DNA from: Candidatus Udaeobacter sp.
GTDB lineage: Bacteria; Patescibacteriota; Patescibacteriia; Magasanikbacterales; GWA2-37-8
Reading direction: 5' to 3'
Length of the DNA stretch: 64,000 nt
NCBI GenBank assembly: GCA_035473115.1
Contig: DATION010000007.1
Location: forward strand, 41,734-105,733
Shown here: piece by piece, positions 51,811 through 61,162 of the stretch
Numbering within the stretch: position 1 is the stretch's first letter
Layout: the number at the start of each line of letters is the position of its first letter
The notes under the pieces: generated by a model
Seen by the model: only the letters and a program-made list of their open reading frames with translations
The model's database searches: none
What the model was told of the DNA's origin: nothing
Translations under genes and position numbers: made by a program

Positions 51811-52575
51811 TTAAGATTTCTTTAAAAAAGAATCGTATCCACCCTTTTCTATCTTTTTAATAATTTCGGTTCCGCCTTGAGCGATGATTTTGCCTTTGCG
51901 CATGATATGAATCTTGTCTGGTTTGAGGAATTTAAGAATTTTTGGATTATGGCTGACGATTACTATACCCATGCCTTGTTTTTTTTGTACAGCGCCGATT
52001 TCTTTGATGACAATTTTGAGCGCGTCTATATCTAAGCCAGAATCTATTTCATCCAAAAAAGCAAATGACGGTTCCAGCATAGCCATCTGCAAAACTTCGG
52101 ATTTCTTTTTTTCTCCGCCGGAGAATCCTTCATTTACGGAGCGAGAAATAAAAGCGGGATCTATTTTTAATTTCTCCATCTGAGCGCGCATTAATGCGGC
52201 AAAATCAGCCGGACCAATCGGCGGTGTTTTTACTTTCTTGGCTTTGTCGGTAGTATTGCGAGCCAAACGCAAGAAATTACCCAAACCTACACCAGACACC
52301 ACCTGAGGGTGCTGGAAGCCCAAAAACAGGCCCGCTTGAGCGCGTTCCGTAGGGGACAGGTCAAGAATCTCTTTTTTATCCAGAGTTACAGAACCGGAGG
52401 TTACGGTATATTTTGGGTTGCCCATTAACACCGAAAGCAGAGTGCTTTTGCCGGAGCCATTTTGACCCATGATAATATGAATTTCTCCCAGAGCTATATT
52501 TAAAGAAACGCCATTTAATATTTTGGTGTTGCCGATAGAGGCGTGAAGATTTTTGATTTTAAGAGTATTTGCCAT
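51811..52575 (-). CDS. sufC: Fe-S cluster assembly ATPase SufC
   Basis: Walker A GQNGSGKST; ABC signature; 254 aa. Confidence 0.9.
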   Translation of the reverse strand: MANTLKIKNLHASIGNTKILNGVSLNIALGEIHIIMGQNGSGKSTLLSVLMGNPKYTVTSGSVTLDKKEILDLSPTERAQAGLFLGFQHPQVVSGVGLGNFLRLARNTTDKAKKVKTPPIGPADFAALMRAQMEKLKIDPAFISRSVNEGFSGGEKKKSEVLQMAMLEPSFAFLDEIDSGLDIDALKIVIKEIGAVQKKQGMGIVIVSHNPKILKFLKPDKIHIMRKGKIIAQGGTEIIKKIEKGGYDSFLKKS

Positions 52576-52738
52576 AGAGTTTTTAACTGTAGTTACAGCG
52601 GTATTTTATAATCGAAATGAGTGAGTGAAATATCTAGCTTGCCAGTATATTTCCGAACGAGTGAGATTATATGTAAAACTATATAGGAAAACAATGCCAA
52701 AGTCAATTATGCTTAGCAAAGTGAAGAAGTTCATTTTT

Positions 52739-53323
52739 TTATCTTTTTATTAATTTTTGGATATATTTGGCCAGAATATCTGTTTCGATATTTACCAAAT
52801 CTCCCTTTTTGGTATTTTGAAAAGCAGTGTGGGCAATTGTGTAGCTCACCAGAGATACTGTGAACCAATCTTTGCCAGTATCAACGACTGTTAAGCTTAC
52901 GCCATCTACAGCAATTGACCCTTTATCAACGATAAATTTCATGAATTTTACCGGCAGTTTGAATTTTAAAATTTTGGAATCTTTTGCAGGTTTAATATCA
53001 ATTACTTTCGCGGTTGTGTCCACATGGCCTTGCACAATATGACCATCCAACATGGTATTTAAATTTAAACTTGTTTCTAAGTTTACCAGCAGTCCTTTTT
53101 GGTATTTTCCCACTGAAGTTTTTTTAATAGTTTCCGGCATATACTCAACCAAGAAACTATTTTGATCAAAGCTTTTAACTGTGGAACAGACGCCGTTAAT
53201 GGCGATGCTTTGGCCCAGTTCTGTTGGCCAATCTTTTTCTTTTTTTATGGAAACAAATTCGCTACCATTTTTTTCGGTTACGTCAGTTATGATCGAAGTT
53301 TTTTTAATGATGCCGGTAAACAT
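52739..53323 (-). CDS. ribE: Riboflavin synthase (alpha subunit)
   Basis: MFTGII...AINGVCSTV N-terminal lumazine-binding repeat, duplicated. Confidence 0.85.
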   Translation of the reverse strand: MFTGIIKKTSIITDVTEKNGSEFVSIKKEKDWPTELGQSIAINGVCSTVKSFDQNSFLVEYMPETIKKTSVGKYQKGLLVNLETSLNLNTMLDGHIVQGHVDTTAKVIDIKPAKDSKILKFKLPVKFMKFIVDKGSIAVDGVSLTVVDTGKDWFTVSLVSYTIAHTAFQNTKKGDLVNIETDILAKYIQKLIKR

Positions 53324-53332
53324 ATTAAAATT

Positions 53333-53677
53333 TTAAAGTTCATTGTTAATTAAACGGACATAGGCAATATCGATAGCTATCTGTTTTTTTAATTCTTCTT
53401 CACTAGTAAATTTTTTTGAATCTCTAATTTTTTCTCCCATCTCTATTTCCAAAAATTGGCCATAAAGATCGCCGGTAAAATCTAAAAAGTGTATTTCAAA
53501 CAAATCTCCTCCGGGGTAAATAAAAATGGCCCCCAAGTATTGTTTGCCAAGAATATTTGCCTTGCCGGCATAAATACCGCCGGATATATTTTCTGTCAGT
53601 TTGATATTGGCGGTAGGGAAGCCAAGTTCACGGCCTTTTTTTTGGCCGGGAATAACTGTTCCGGAAATTATTTTCAT
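53333..53677 (-). CDS. Riboflavin kinase domain protein (RibF C-terminal-like)
   Basis: GRELGFPTANI motif of the flavokinase domain; 114 aa. Confidence 0.6.
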   Translation of the reverse strand: MKIISGTVIPGQKKGRELGFPTANIKLTENISGGIYAGKANILGKQYLGAIFIYPGGDLFEIHFLDFTGDLYGQFLEIEMGEKIRDSKKFTSEEELKKQIAIDIAYVRLINNEL

Positions 53678-53705
53678 ATTTTTGACAGAAGAAAATATTT
53701 ATCTT

Positions 53706-54635
53706 TTAGCCGCGCTTGCCGATATGTCTGAAAACCATAAACATATTTCTGAATTTATTTATCAAAGCGCAGCGCCAAGAACAGAATGGTTCGCCCTTTG
53801 CATTTAAACAATTTTGGCAGCAGATAAAATGATCATGGCAGGTTGGTAAGAGGCAGTTAACAAAATTTTCATTAGATGTGCCGCATTTTCGGCAATGGCC
53901 GACTATTTCGTGTTTATTATTCTCGCTGCTAAAAGCCATAGTTACTCGGCCGTCAAAAACATATAATTTGCCGGCAAAATCTTCATCCGGATATTTTTCC
54001 ATATAGGACACAATGCCGTTGTGGAGCTGGTAAACATCGTTAAAGCCATTTTCCACCAAAAATCCGGAAGCTTTTTCACAGCGAACACCGCCGGTGCAGA
54101 CTGTAACCACTGTTTTATTTTTTAAATGCGCTAATTTCGGCAGAATTTTTGGCAAATCACGGAAGTTCTTTAGCGGTGGTAAAATAGAATTTTTAAAAAA
54201 TCCGACGCAGTGTTCGTAATCATTACGCATATCCACAATATAAAATTCTTTGGAGCTGTGGATCCATTCATGCAATTGTTCCGGTGCTAAATATTTTCCG
54301 GTAGTAATTGCCGGATTAACATCTTTTTCGCCTAAATGAGCGCTGACAATTTCTGAGCGCGCTTTGACAGAGAGCTTGGGAAAAGCATTGCCTGTGCCGA
54401 TACTGCGTTTGAAATTCATATCGGTAAAACGTGGATCGCTTATCATTTTATCAATATATTTTTGGGTATTTTCTTTTAGACCTTCAACTGTGCCATTGAT
54501 TCCTTCCGGAGCGATAATAATTCGGCCGGTTAAACCAAGCTGCTCGCAGAGTGATTTTTGCGCATTACAAAATTCGCCAGGGTTGGCGATATTTGTATAC
54601 TTATAGTATAAAAGAATTTCGTACATATTAAGCAA
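53706..54635 (-). CDS. trhO: Rhodanese-domain protein TrhO/YceA (UPF0176) with a C-terminal Cys-rich zinc-ribbon extension
   Basis: IIAPEGINGT signature; rhodanese Cys; C-terminal CRKCG...CCQNC...CSWRC. Confidence 0.7.
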   Translation of the reverse strand: MLNMYEILLYYKYTNIANPGEFCNAQKSLCEQLGLTGRIIIAPEGINGTVEGLKENTQKYIDKMISDPRFTDMNFKRSIGTGNAFPKLSVKARSEIVSAHLGEKDVNPAITTGKYLAPEQLHEWIHSSKEFYIVDMRNDYEHCVGFFKNSILPPLKNFRDLPKILPKLAHLKNKTVVTVCTGGVRCEKASGFLVENGFNDVYQLHNGIVSYMEKYPDEDFAGKLYVFDGRVTMAFSSENNKHEIVGHCRKCGTSNENFVNCLLPTCHDHFICCQNCLNAKGEPFCSWRCALINKFRNMFMVFRHIGKRG

Positions 54636-55416
54636 GTTTGCTTAGCATCACACCGACAATATAAGCGGCAGTGGCAGCCAGACCACCCAACAAAAGCATT
54701 TCCAGTCCAGCTCGATACCAAACTTCGCGGGTGAAATATATTTTTAGAGTGCCAAGAATAAACAGAGTCAGACCGGTAAGAACACAGGCAGTAGCAAAAG
54801 TATGGATAGCAAAAAAAGGAATAAATTGAGCGATAATATAGATTAGGATTGGAATTGAGCCAAATAGCGTAAATGATCCAAAAGTCACCAAAGCATTTTT
54901 GAGCGGTGACTCATAGTTTTCCACTAGTCCCAACTCTTCCACCATCATAATATCTACCCAAGGTTTTTCAATTTTTGATAAAGCTTCAACTGCAATTTTG
55001 GCGTCTTGGGGCGCAATGCCTTTTTCTGTGTAAAGTTCAACCATTTCTCGCTTTTCTCCTTCCGGATAATTTTGTACTTCCCAAGTTTCGCGGACCCGTT
55101 CGGCCGCCATGTATTCGTTTTCCGCCTTTGTGCTTAGGTAGTCACCAAAAGCCATTGAGATGCCATCGGCAATAAGATTAGCAATACCAAAAATAAAAAT
55201 CAAGCCCGCTGACAGATGAGCGCCGGCTACTCCGGCCACTACGGCAAAAGTGGTAACAGTACCATCTAGTCCGCCATAAACAAAACTTTTAAGGTATTGT
55301 CCATTGCCAGTTTGGTGTTCTTCGGGAGCGCTGCCGCTTTCGTGGGCTTGGCGGCTGGCTGCCAAATCGTTATGGCGAAAAGCGTTTCGCGCTTTTTCCA
55401 AATTACGAGTGAGCAT
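54628..55416 (-). CDS. VIT1/CCC1-family iron/manganese transporter
   Basis: GGLDGTVTTFAVVAG and ANLIADGISMAFGDYLS signatures. Confidence 0.8.
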   Translation of the reverse strand: MLTRNLEKARNAFRHNDLAASRQAHESGSAPEEHQTGNGQYLKSFVYGGLDGTVTTFAVVAGVAGAHLSAGLIFIFGIANLIADGISMAFGDYLSTKAENEYMAAERVRETWEVQNYPEGEKREMVELYTEKGIAPQDAKIAVEALSKIEKPWVDIMMVEELGLVENYESPLKNALVTFGSFTLFGSIPILIYIIAQFIPFFAIHTFATACVLTGLTLFILGTLKIYFTREVWYRAGLEMLLLGGLAATAAYIVGVMLSKLA

Positions 55417-55419
55417 AAA

Positions 55420-55809
55420 TTATTCAGTAACTTTTAAAGTTCCCCATTGTCCATTTTGTCTGTGTCCTGGTTTTGAGCAGTAATAAATAAATTCTCCGGC
55501 TTTATCAGCGGTAAATTCAACCACTACTTCTTTATTCATAGGCAATTCTTCTTTTATTTTGAATTCATCAATCGTAAAATCGTGCATACCCATGGTGTTG
55601 GTTACTTTAACTTTTACTTTGTCTCCCTTTTTGACAATCATTTGCGGCAAAGAAAATACCGGTTTTTTTATAGCCGGATCATAATAGGCGGTCATGGAGA
55701 ATTCTTTGTTGGTATTGGTAACGACATTCATTGGTTTTGATTTCCAGACAAATAGAGCGGCTCCGGCGATTAGAGCAACTGCCAAGACAATAAATATAGA
55801 TTTACGCAT
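55420..55809 (-). CDS. Secreted cupredoxin-like (blue-copper) domain protein
   Basis: Signal/TM anchor; His in MGMHDF and the C..PGH..N/Q ligand pattern in YYCSKPGHRQNGQWG (stellacyanin-like). Confidence 0.5.
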   Translation of the reverse strand: MRKSIFIVLAVALIAGAALFVWKSKPMNVVTNTNKEFSMTAYYDPAIKKPVFSLPQMIVKKGDKVKVKVTNTMGMHDFTIDEFKIKEELPMNKEVVVEFTADKAGEFIYYCSKPGHRQNGQWGTLKVTE

Positions 55810-55832
55810 ATATTTTTAATATTTTAATTAAA

Positions 55833-56087
55833 TTAATTAATAGCTTTTTCTTTTTTAAGTATCAGTTTTTTTTGTTCAGCGCCGCGATTATAGCTGCCCA
55901 GTTTTCCGTCGGACCTAATAACTCGATGGCAGGGGATGTCTGGCGCGTAATTTTTGCTTAAAGCCGTACCGACCGCTCGATAAGCTTTTGGTTGGCCGAT
56001 TTTTTGTGCCACTTGCTTATAAGTTAGCGTTTGACCTTTGGGGATTTTTTTAACTACAGCGTAAACTTTTTGTTGGAACGGAGTCAT
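55833..56087 (-). CDS. MGMT-family DNA-binding domain protein (stand-alone Ogt C-terminal domain)
   Basis: PCHRV active-site motif; 84 aa. Confidence 0.75.
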   Translation of the reverse strand: MTPFQQKVYAVVKKIPKGQTLTYKQVAQKIGQPKAYRAVGTALSKNYAPDIPCHRVIRSDGKLGSYNRGAEQKKLILKKEKAIN

Positions 56088-56260
56088 ACTTGCAGTTGCT
56101 AATATTTTTAAATTTATATTGCTAACTTAAAATTATTATAAGATAAAATTGTTATTTTGTACAGTTAGTTAAAAGTCTTTATAAAAATTTTAAGCCCGTC
56201 AACCAGTGTTTGGTTGCGGGCTTGATGGCCGGCTAAAGCTCCTTATATTTCTGGGTGTGG

Positions 56261-56760
56261 TTAGAGTTTTTGTCGCAGTGCTTGGAGTATTTTCTCTCCC
56301 TTTGCGACCGTAAACTCGGCTTGGGCACACAGCCTGCTGCCAAACATATTACAGCTAAGTGTGCCAAGTCTGGCGGCAAGTCTGGGCTTCAGCCATAGCG
56401 CGAATCCTCGCGGGGCTTTATCCGTCTTTTGTCCACCCCTACCTTTGCCTTTTTCTTCGATCTCTTCGAGAGATCGGATCAGCCGCAGAATGCTGGCGCG
56501 CATCTTTTCTGCGTCTAAAACTGATAGACCGTTGATGTGTGCAGTCCGAGCTGCTGAGCTGGGGTTTTCGTCCCAAAACCCAATTGTGCAAAGCTCAGCC
56601 CAGATCATTTCTCCCAGGGCTGCCCGCAAAGCTCCACGCTCGGCGCGGTCTTTAAACCAGTCAGCCTGTTTGGTTTTTTACCACTTCGGGTCTTTTTTGC
56701 CTTTGGTTTCACGAACGCTCCTTTAGCCGGTTTAATGGGAAACTACCATAATTTAATTAA
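56261..56760 (-). pseudogene. GC-rich frameshifted gene fragment of unknown family
   Basis: Two overlapping minus-strand frames (VKPKAKKTRSGKKPNRL... and ...ADWFKDRAERGALRAALGEMIW...) meet at a poly-A tract; ~55% GC. Confidence 0.4.
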
Positions 56761-56773
56761 TAAGTCAACCCTA

Positions 56774-56802
56774 TTGACACTAGAGTTAACTCTGTGATAA
56801 AT
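56774..56802 (+). promoter_or_regulatory. Putative promoter TTGACA-17-ATAAAT for the 56878 gene
   Basis: ttgaca at 56774, 17-bp spacer, ataaat at 56797; SD AAGGAGAG precedes the ATG. Confidence 0.4.
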
Positions 56803-56877
56803 TATTCAGCTATCTTGGGATTCTCCAAGAAGCGCGGCAGGTTGTAGCAACACGATAAGTAACAAGGAGAGTTCCAG

Positions 56878-57465
56878 ATGCGTATCATCGTTTCCATCGT
56901 CATTATTGTCGCATGCTTCGGCTTCGCCTCTGCTGTCCAGGCCGACGTGAAGTCCAATGGCCAGCTCCTCGTTGTCCATGGCGAGCACTTTGGTGATGAT
57001 AATTTCGGTGGATATCTCCACCTTGCAGGTATGGCTTCGACAGGCGGAAACTTGTCTATGCCAATCTATATTGGCGGGGAATACCGCGCCAAAGGAGTAA
57101 ACTTCAAGCTGCTCACCGGGCTTTCTCTATCAGGGAATGGTGGAACATCTGTCATTGCCAGTACCTGGTTTTACGATGAGCTGAGCTCAGATATCAGTTT
57201 GTTTGTCCAAGGAGACGTTTATTTGCCAACCAAACCTGCTGGCAATCACGTTTCACTTTACACTTATGCTAGTTTGTCCAAAGTGAGAGCAGGTTCTGAT
57301 TCAGGCTTTGGTCTGATTTACGAGAATTTTTTCTTTGGACGGGATTGGGTGAAGGCTGCTGTCGGACCAACAGTGATTCTCAGCAACAAGAATTCTCTCT
57401 GGGTTGCCTACGACTTCCAGCCTGATGGATACAACCTGCTTGTCAGGTGGGTAGTCAAGCTCTGA
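56878..57465 (+). CDS. Secreted beta-rich protein (outer-membrane-protein-like) in a GC-rich patch
   Basis: Signal peptide ending AVQA; alternating hydrophobic pattern; ~50% GC. Confidence 0.45.
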   Translation: MRIIVSIVIIVACFGFASAVQADVKSNGQLLVVHGEHFGDDNFGGYLHLAGMASTGGNLSMPIYIGGEYRAKGVNFKLLTGLSLSGNGGTSVIASTWFYDELSSDISLFVQGDVYLPTKPAGNHVSLYTYASLSKVRAGSDSGFGLIYENFFFGRDWVKAAVGPTVILSNKNSLWVAYDFQPDGYNLLVRWVVKL

Positions 57466-57540
57466 GACAACAACAGCTGCTCCAATTCGGCTCAAGCCGA
57501 GCGGGGCGCTGCGGCCAAGGTCGGCAGATTCGCTGTTCGG

Positions 57541-57608
57541 CCAGACCTCTACCATTATCTATGGTACTGATGAGTCCATATAAAATATTTGAAAGGACGA
57601 AAGGTTTT
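57541..57608 (+). ncRNA. Candidate type III hammerhead ribozyme
   Basis: Stem III agaccU/Aggttt (6 bp, one G-U pair); cleavage triplet CUC with C17 at 57549; stem I taccat-tatct-atggta; core CUGAUGA; stem II gtcc-(17 nt)-ggac; GAA; A15.1-U16.1 pair. All invariant core positions are present. Confidence 0.5.
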
Positions 57609-57611
57609 AAA

Positions 57612-57650
57612 AAATAACCCCGCCTCTCACGAGAGGCGGGGTTATTTTTT
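57612..57650. terminator. Bidirectional rho-independent terminator
   Basis: aaaaaataaccccgcctctc-acga-gagaggcggggttattttttt, perfect 13-bp stem. Confidence 0.8.
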
Positions 57651-57670
57651 TGTATGAATTTTTTATAGAA

Positions 57671-60517
57671 TTAAAGCGTTTGGAATTGTTGGCCAGAAAC
57701 ATTTCCTGCCGCATCAAAAGATAAAATGAAATAAGAATAGAAAGTTGCCGGAGATAATCCGGTATCAGAATAATTATTTGTGGCTGATGTTCCTACTTGA
57801 ACACCGTTGCGGAATATTTTATATCCAATTACGCCAACATTATCTGTCGAAGCTGTCCAAGTTAAATTAATTTGCGAAGAGGATATAGCAGTACCAGATA
57901 AGTTTGTTGGCATTGATGGTGCAACAGTATCTGGAGGAACTACAACTGCCGGCGCAGGAATAGAACCAGTTCCTGGTGAAGCAAGTTGCAAAGCATTATC
58001 ATCAAGAACTAGAACCCAATCACCGCTGGCTGGAGGATTAAATACGCGGCTGCCAGTAGTTGGGAATACACCGATTAAACTTTCCGCGCCAGTGGTTGGA
58101 TTGTACCACCATGCATTTGCGTTAGCACCGGAAACTTTAGTCATGTTGATTGTCAAATTTCTTTGGCTAGGAGTATAGACTATCACTGTGCCTCCATTTG
58201 CAGTTCTGGCTGCGGCTGCAAAGGTGTTATTACTAATATTTCCGAATCCGGCAGTCAGTGTTAAATGGTTACTATCTGGCAATAAATCTTGCCAAGGACG
58301 AGAACCAAAAAGTTGATGAGCAAATTTGGCGCCAACTGATCCCTGACTGTTTAAAGCTGTTTTCCAGCCGCCTTGAAATTGACCGTCACCAAAACTCCAA
58401 CCTGGATTGCCATCGCTTGGGTTGTTGCCGAAGAACCAGATTGGATCATTACCAAACAGTGATCCGTCTGCTCCCATTAAGGTTGGCCAATATTCTTGGC
58501 CGTGAAGACAGGCTAGAGAGGTAGTATGTTCATTCTCATACCAGGCTTCAACCATAAAGGTTGGGAAAGGTCCCGAGTGGTTATAATCACTAGCAATTCG
58601 ACTTGGCAAAGTGTTGCAGGTTGTATAAGTGGAATTAAAATTAATCCAAGAATCATTTGCTGGATAAGCATCCATTTGTGAGTTATCTCTGGTGCCATGA
58701 ATAGTTATTAGTTGGTTGGAACCGGAATCTTTAATGCCTTGAACCATAGCTTCAACTTCAGGCAGAGCCAAATCTGGTTCGCGATCACCGCCGATAACCC
58801 AAATTAGATTGTTATAATTTTTATAACGATTGCCTAAATATTGTCCGTAAGCGCGCATTTTCGTAGTACCGTTAGCAATTACTTCGTTATACCAGCCTTC
58901 ATCGGTATTTGGAAAACCAAGATAAGCCGGTGTTAACAGCACCAGCATATTTTTTTGCGCAGCCATTGATAATAAATTGTCTACGTGAGCAAAGTAGGCT
59001 TCGTTGGGAGTAGAGAAGTCGCCCGGAGAAGTAAATGGAGCCACTCCAAAAGCATTAAGCGGAGCTTGCGGAACAAATTTATGTTCAATGATTGAAGCTA
59101 GCACGGTATTAAATCCTTTTTGTTGGCGATCAGACAAGAATAAGTCCGCATCTTGATCATTTAAGCCAGCTACCAGCGACCAGGCTGAATCTCCTTTTAT
59201 TAAGAAAGGTTGTCCGTTGTTATCTTCCAGTCGGCGGCGGTCGGCGCTTACATGAAGCGGGAATGGGAAAGTAGAAGAAGCGCTTACTACGTTAATAGTT
59301 GCTATGCTTGTTTTTGCAGGGTTGGCATTACTGGAAGCTACTAAGTGGTAAATACTAGGCACAGAAGGAGCAGTGTATAAAGAAGAGGAACTGCCAGTTG
59401 GAGTTACCAAACCTCCAACAGAGCCTTCTTGAATTGACCAAGAGCAAGAAGTGTCTGTTGAGCCCGTAACAGTACAAGTAAATGTCTGAGTGGAATTAGT
59501 AATTAAAGTTTTACTGCTCGGGCTAACAGTAATTGTTATTGGCAGTGCTTGGGTAGTCGCATTTGCGGAAATTGACAGAGCTGAAGTATTCCCAGCTGCA
59601 TCAAAAGCAGCCACAGTATATGAATAGTCTGTTGAAGGAGTTAAACCAGTGTTAGAGAAAGAGGTAGCTGCAGTAGTAGCAATTTGTACACCGTCACGGA
59701 ATATTTTATATCCGGTTACGCCAACGTTATCTGTAGCAGCTGTCCAAGCAAGATTTATTTGAGAAGCAGAGACTGCGTTGGCGGATAGGTTGGTTGGAAC
59801 TGTTGGAGCTTGAGTGTCAGAAGTGATTGCTGCTGGTCGTAGAGCCACCATTTGCATTGTCCAGCCTCTAGTAGCTGATCCTGTAGCCGCAAATACTCCG
59901 GCTGTTCCAGCAACTTTATCTTCAGAAAGATTGCTGTTCATGGTAGAGCGAGCGGTAAAACCTGAACCAATAGTACAAGCATCGTCTCCAATACAGAAAC
60001 CATAAATAATATCACCAGCAGAAGTTGTAGTAACATTACCGCTGGTTACTGTTCCTGTATTTCCGGTTCTGCCAGCGCTGGCGTCGATAGGATTTACATT
60101 ATCTATACCTCTATAAGCGGTAATATATGCTTCAATAAAACTTGAGCCAGCTGTTAGATTAACTGTTACTGTATCTGTTCCGGCAGTAGTGTTTTTAGCA
60201 TAATACAGACGAGTGTGAGCTCCGCCCGGAGTGGTTAGTTCAGTGCCGATCTGAGTAAAAGTATTGCCGCGTGAATCGGTAACCGAAGCTACATTGGCAT
60301 TTTGGCTTTTATCATAATCAAAACCAACCAGAATAATATCACCCGCAGCCACACTAGAAGTAAATGTGGTCGCCAGAGAGCTGGCTCCGCTGGCTGCAGC
60401 GGCAGCTTTTTGCTGTACAAAGGAAGCGGCGGCGCTGGATTCATTGCTAGTAAGCAATAAAAATACGGCGATAAAAATCGCTACTGCGGACAGGCTTATT
60501 TTTTTGATATTATACAT
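57671..60517 (-). CDS. Secreted multidomain glycoside hydrolase (DUF4038/GH140-like catalytic region) with fibronectin type III domains
   Basis: Signal peptide; two FN3 modules (…TNLSANAVSASQINLAWTA…GYKIFRDG…); central FLIKGDSAW...FNTV...WVIGGD region resembling DUF4038. Confidence 0.55.
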   Translation of the reverse strand: MYNIKKISLSAVAIFIAVFLLLTSNESSAAASFVQQKAAAAASGASSLATTFTSSVAAGDIILVGFDYDKSQNANVASVTDSRGNTFTQIGTELTTPGGAHTRLYYAKNTTAGTDTVTVNLTAGSSFIEAYITAYRGIDNVNPIDASAGRTGNTGTVTSGNVTTTSAGDIIYGFCIGDDACTIGSGFTARSTMNSNLSEDKVAGTAGVFAATGSATRGWTMQMVALRPAAITSDTQAPTVPTNLSANAVSASQINLAWTAATDNVGVTGYKIFRDGVQIATTAATSFSNTGLTPSTDYSYTVAAFDAAGNTSALSISANATTQALPITITVSPSSKTLITNSTQTFTCTVTGSTDTSCSWSIQEGSVGGLVTPTGSSSSLYTAPSVPSIYHLVASSNANPAKTSIATINVVSASSTFPFPLHVSADRRRLEDNNGQPFLIKGDSAWSLVAGLNDQDADLFLSDRQQKGFNTVLASIIEHKFVPQAPLNAFGVAPFTSPGDFSTPNEAYFAHVDNLLSMAAQKNMLVLLTPAYLGFPNTDEGWYNEVIANGTTKMRAYGQYLGNRYKNYNNLIWVIGGDREPDLALPEVEAMVQGIKDSGSNQLITIHGTRDNSQMDAYPANDSWINFNSTYTTCNTLPSRIASDYNHSGPFPTFMVEAWYENEHTTSLACLHGQEYWPTLMGADGSLFGNDPIWFFGNNPSDGNPGWSFGDGQFQGGWKTALNSQGSVGAKFAHQLFGSRPWQDLLPDSNHLTLTAGFGNISNNTFAAAARTANGGTVIVYTPSQRNLTINMTKVSGANANAWWYNPTTGAESLIGVFPTTGSRVFNPPASGDWVLVLDDNALQLASPGTGSIPAPAVVVPPDTVAPSMPTNLSGTAISSSQINLTWTASTDNVGVIGYKIFRNGVQVGTSATNNYSDTGLSPATFYSYFILSFDAAGNVSGQQFQTL

Positions 60518-60619
60518 ATCCTTATCTTAATGAGTTAGTGAATTAAAGTTATACGCTAAAATATAGCACTAGGCAACAGTCTAGCACAGATTAAAATAAA
60601 AATCTAGTTGCCTAAGACT

Positions 60620-61138
60620 CTATTTTTCTATATTTATCTGTATCTCATGAGTGAGGGGTTGAACTACTTTCATTGAAGCCAAAACGTCATCCCAATATGG
60701 AGATTGATAATTATTCCAGCGCCGCATGTTTACCTGAATGCCATCGGAGGAAAAAACAAATTGCGGTGAACTAGTTGCTTTAGGATCGTCTGGACAAACA
60801 ATATAGATAGAGCCAGCTCCGGCATCAGAATTACAGCTGGCAGGAACTTGAAAATTGACAATTCCGCCGATAGAGTATGTTTTTAGTTTGTTTGAATTTT
60901 GAGGTTCGTTATTGCCTGTGCAGTTGCCATTTTGGCAATTTTTTTCCAAAGAGCAAGGAGTAAATTCACAGTTTGGTCCTGTGCGGCCAACATAACTACC
61001 ATCTGGGCATAGTTTGGCATCTTGAGTACAGTAAACTGGTTTAGCAGGAGAGATTGGTTTGGTGGTACTTTGGGCAATAGTGCAGCCCGCGCCGGTTAGA
61101 AGCAGCAAGGGTGCTAGTAGTAGGAAAGTTTTTTTCAT
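60620..61138 (-). CDS. Hypothetical Cys-rich lipoprotein
   Basis: MKKTFLLLAPLLLLTGAGC lipobox; multiple Cys. Confidence 0.5.
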   Translation of the reverse strand: MKKTFLLLAPLLLLTGAGCTIAQSTTKPISPAKPVYCTQDAKLCPDGSYVGRTGPNCEFTPCSLEKNCQNGNCTGNNEPQNSNKLKTYSIGGIVNFQVPASCNSDAGAGSIYIVCPDDPKATSSPQFVFSSDGIQVNMRRWNNYQSPYWDDVLASMKVVQPLTHEIQINIEK

Positions 61139-61162
61139 ACCTTTAATAATTATTTTCAAAAT

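Noticed and set aside
56361-56726. Plus-strand 121-aa ORF (56361..56726)
   Set aside because: It lies antisense to the GC-rich pseudogene region. High GC inflates ORF length on the opposite strand, and it has no RBS.
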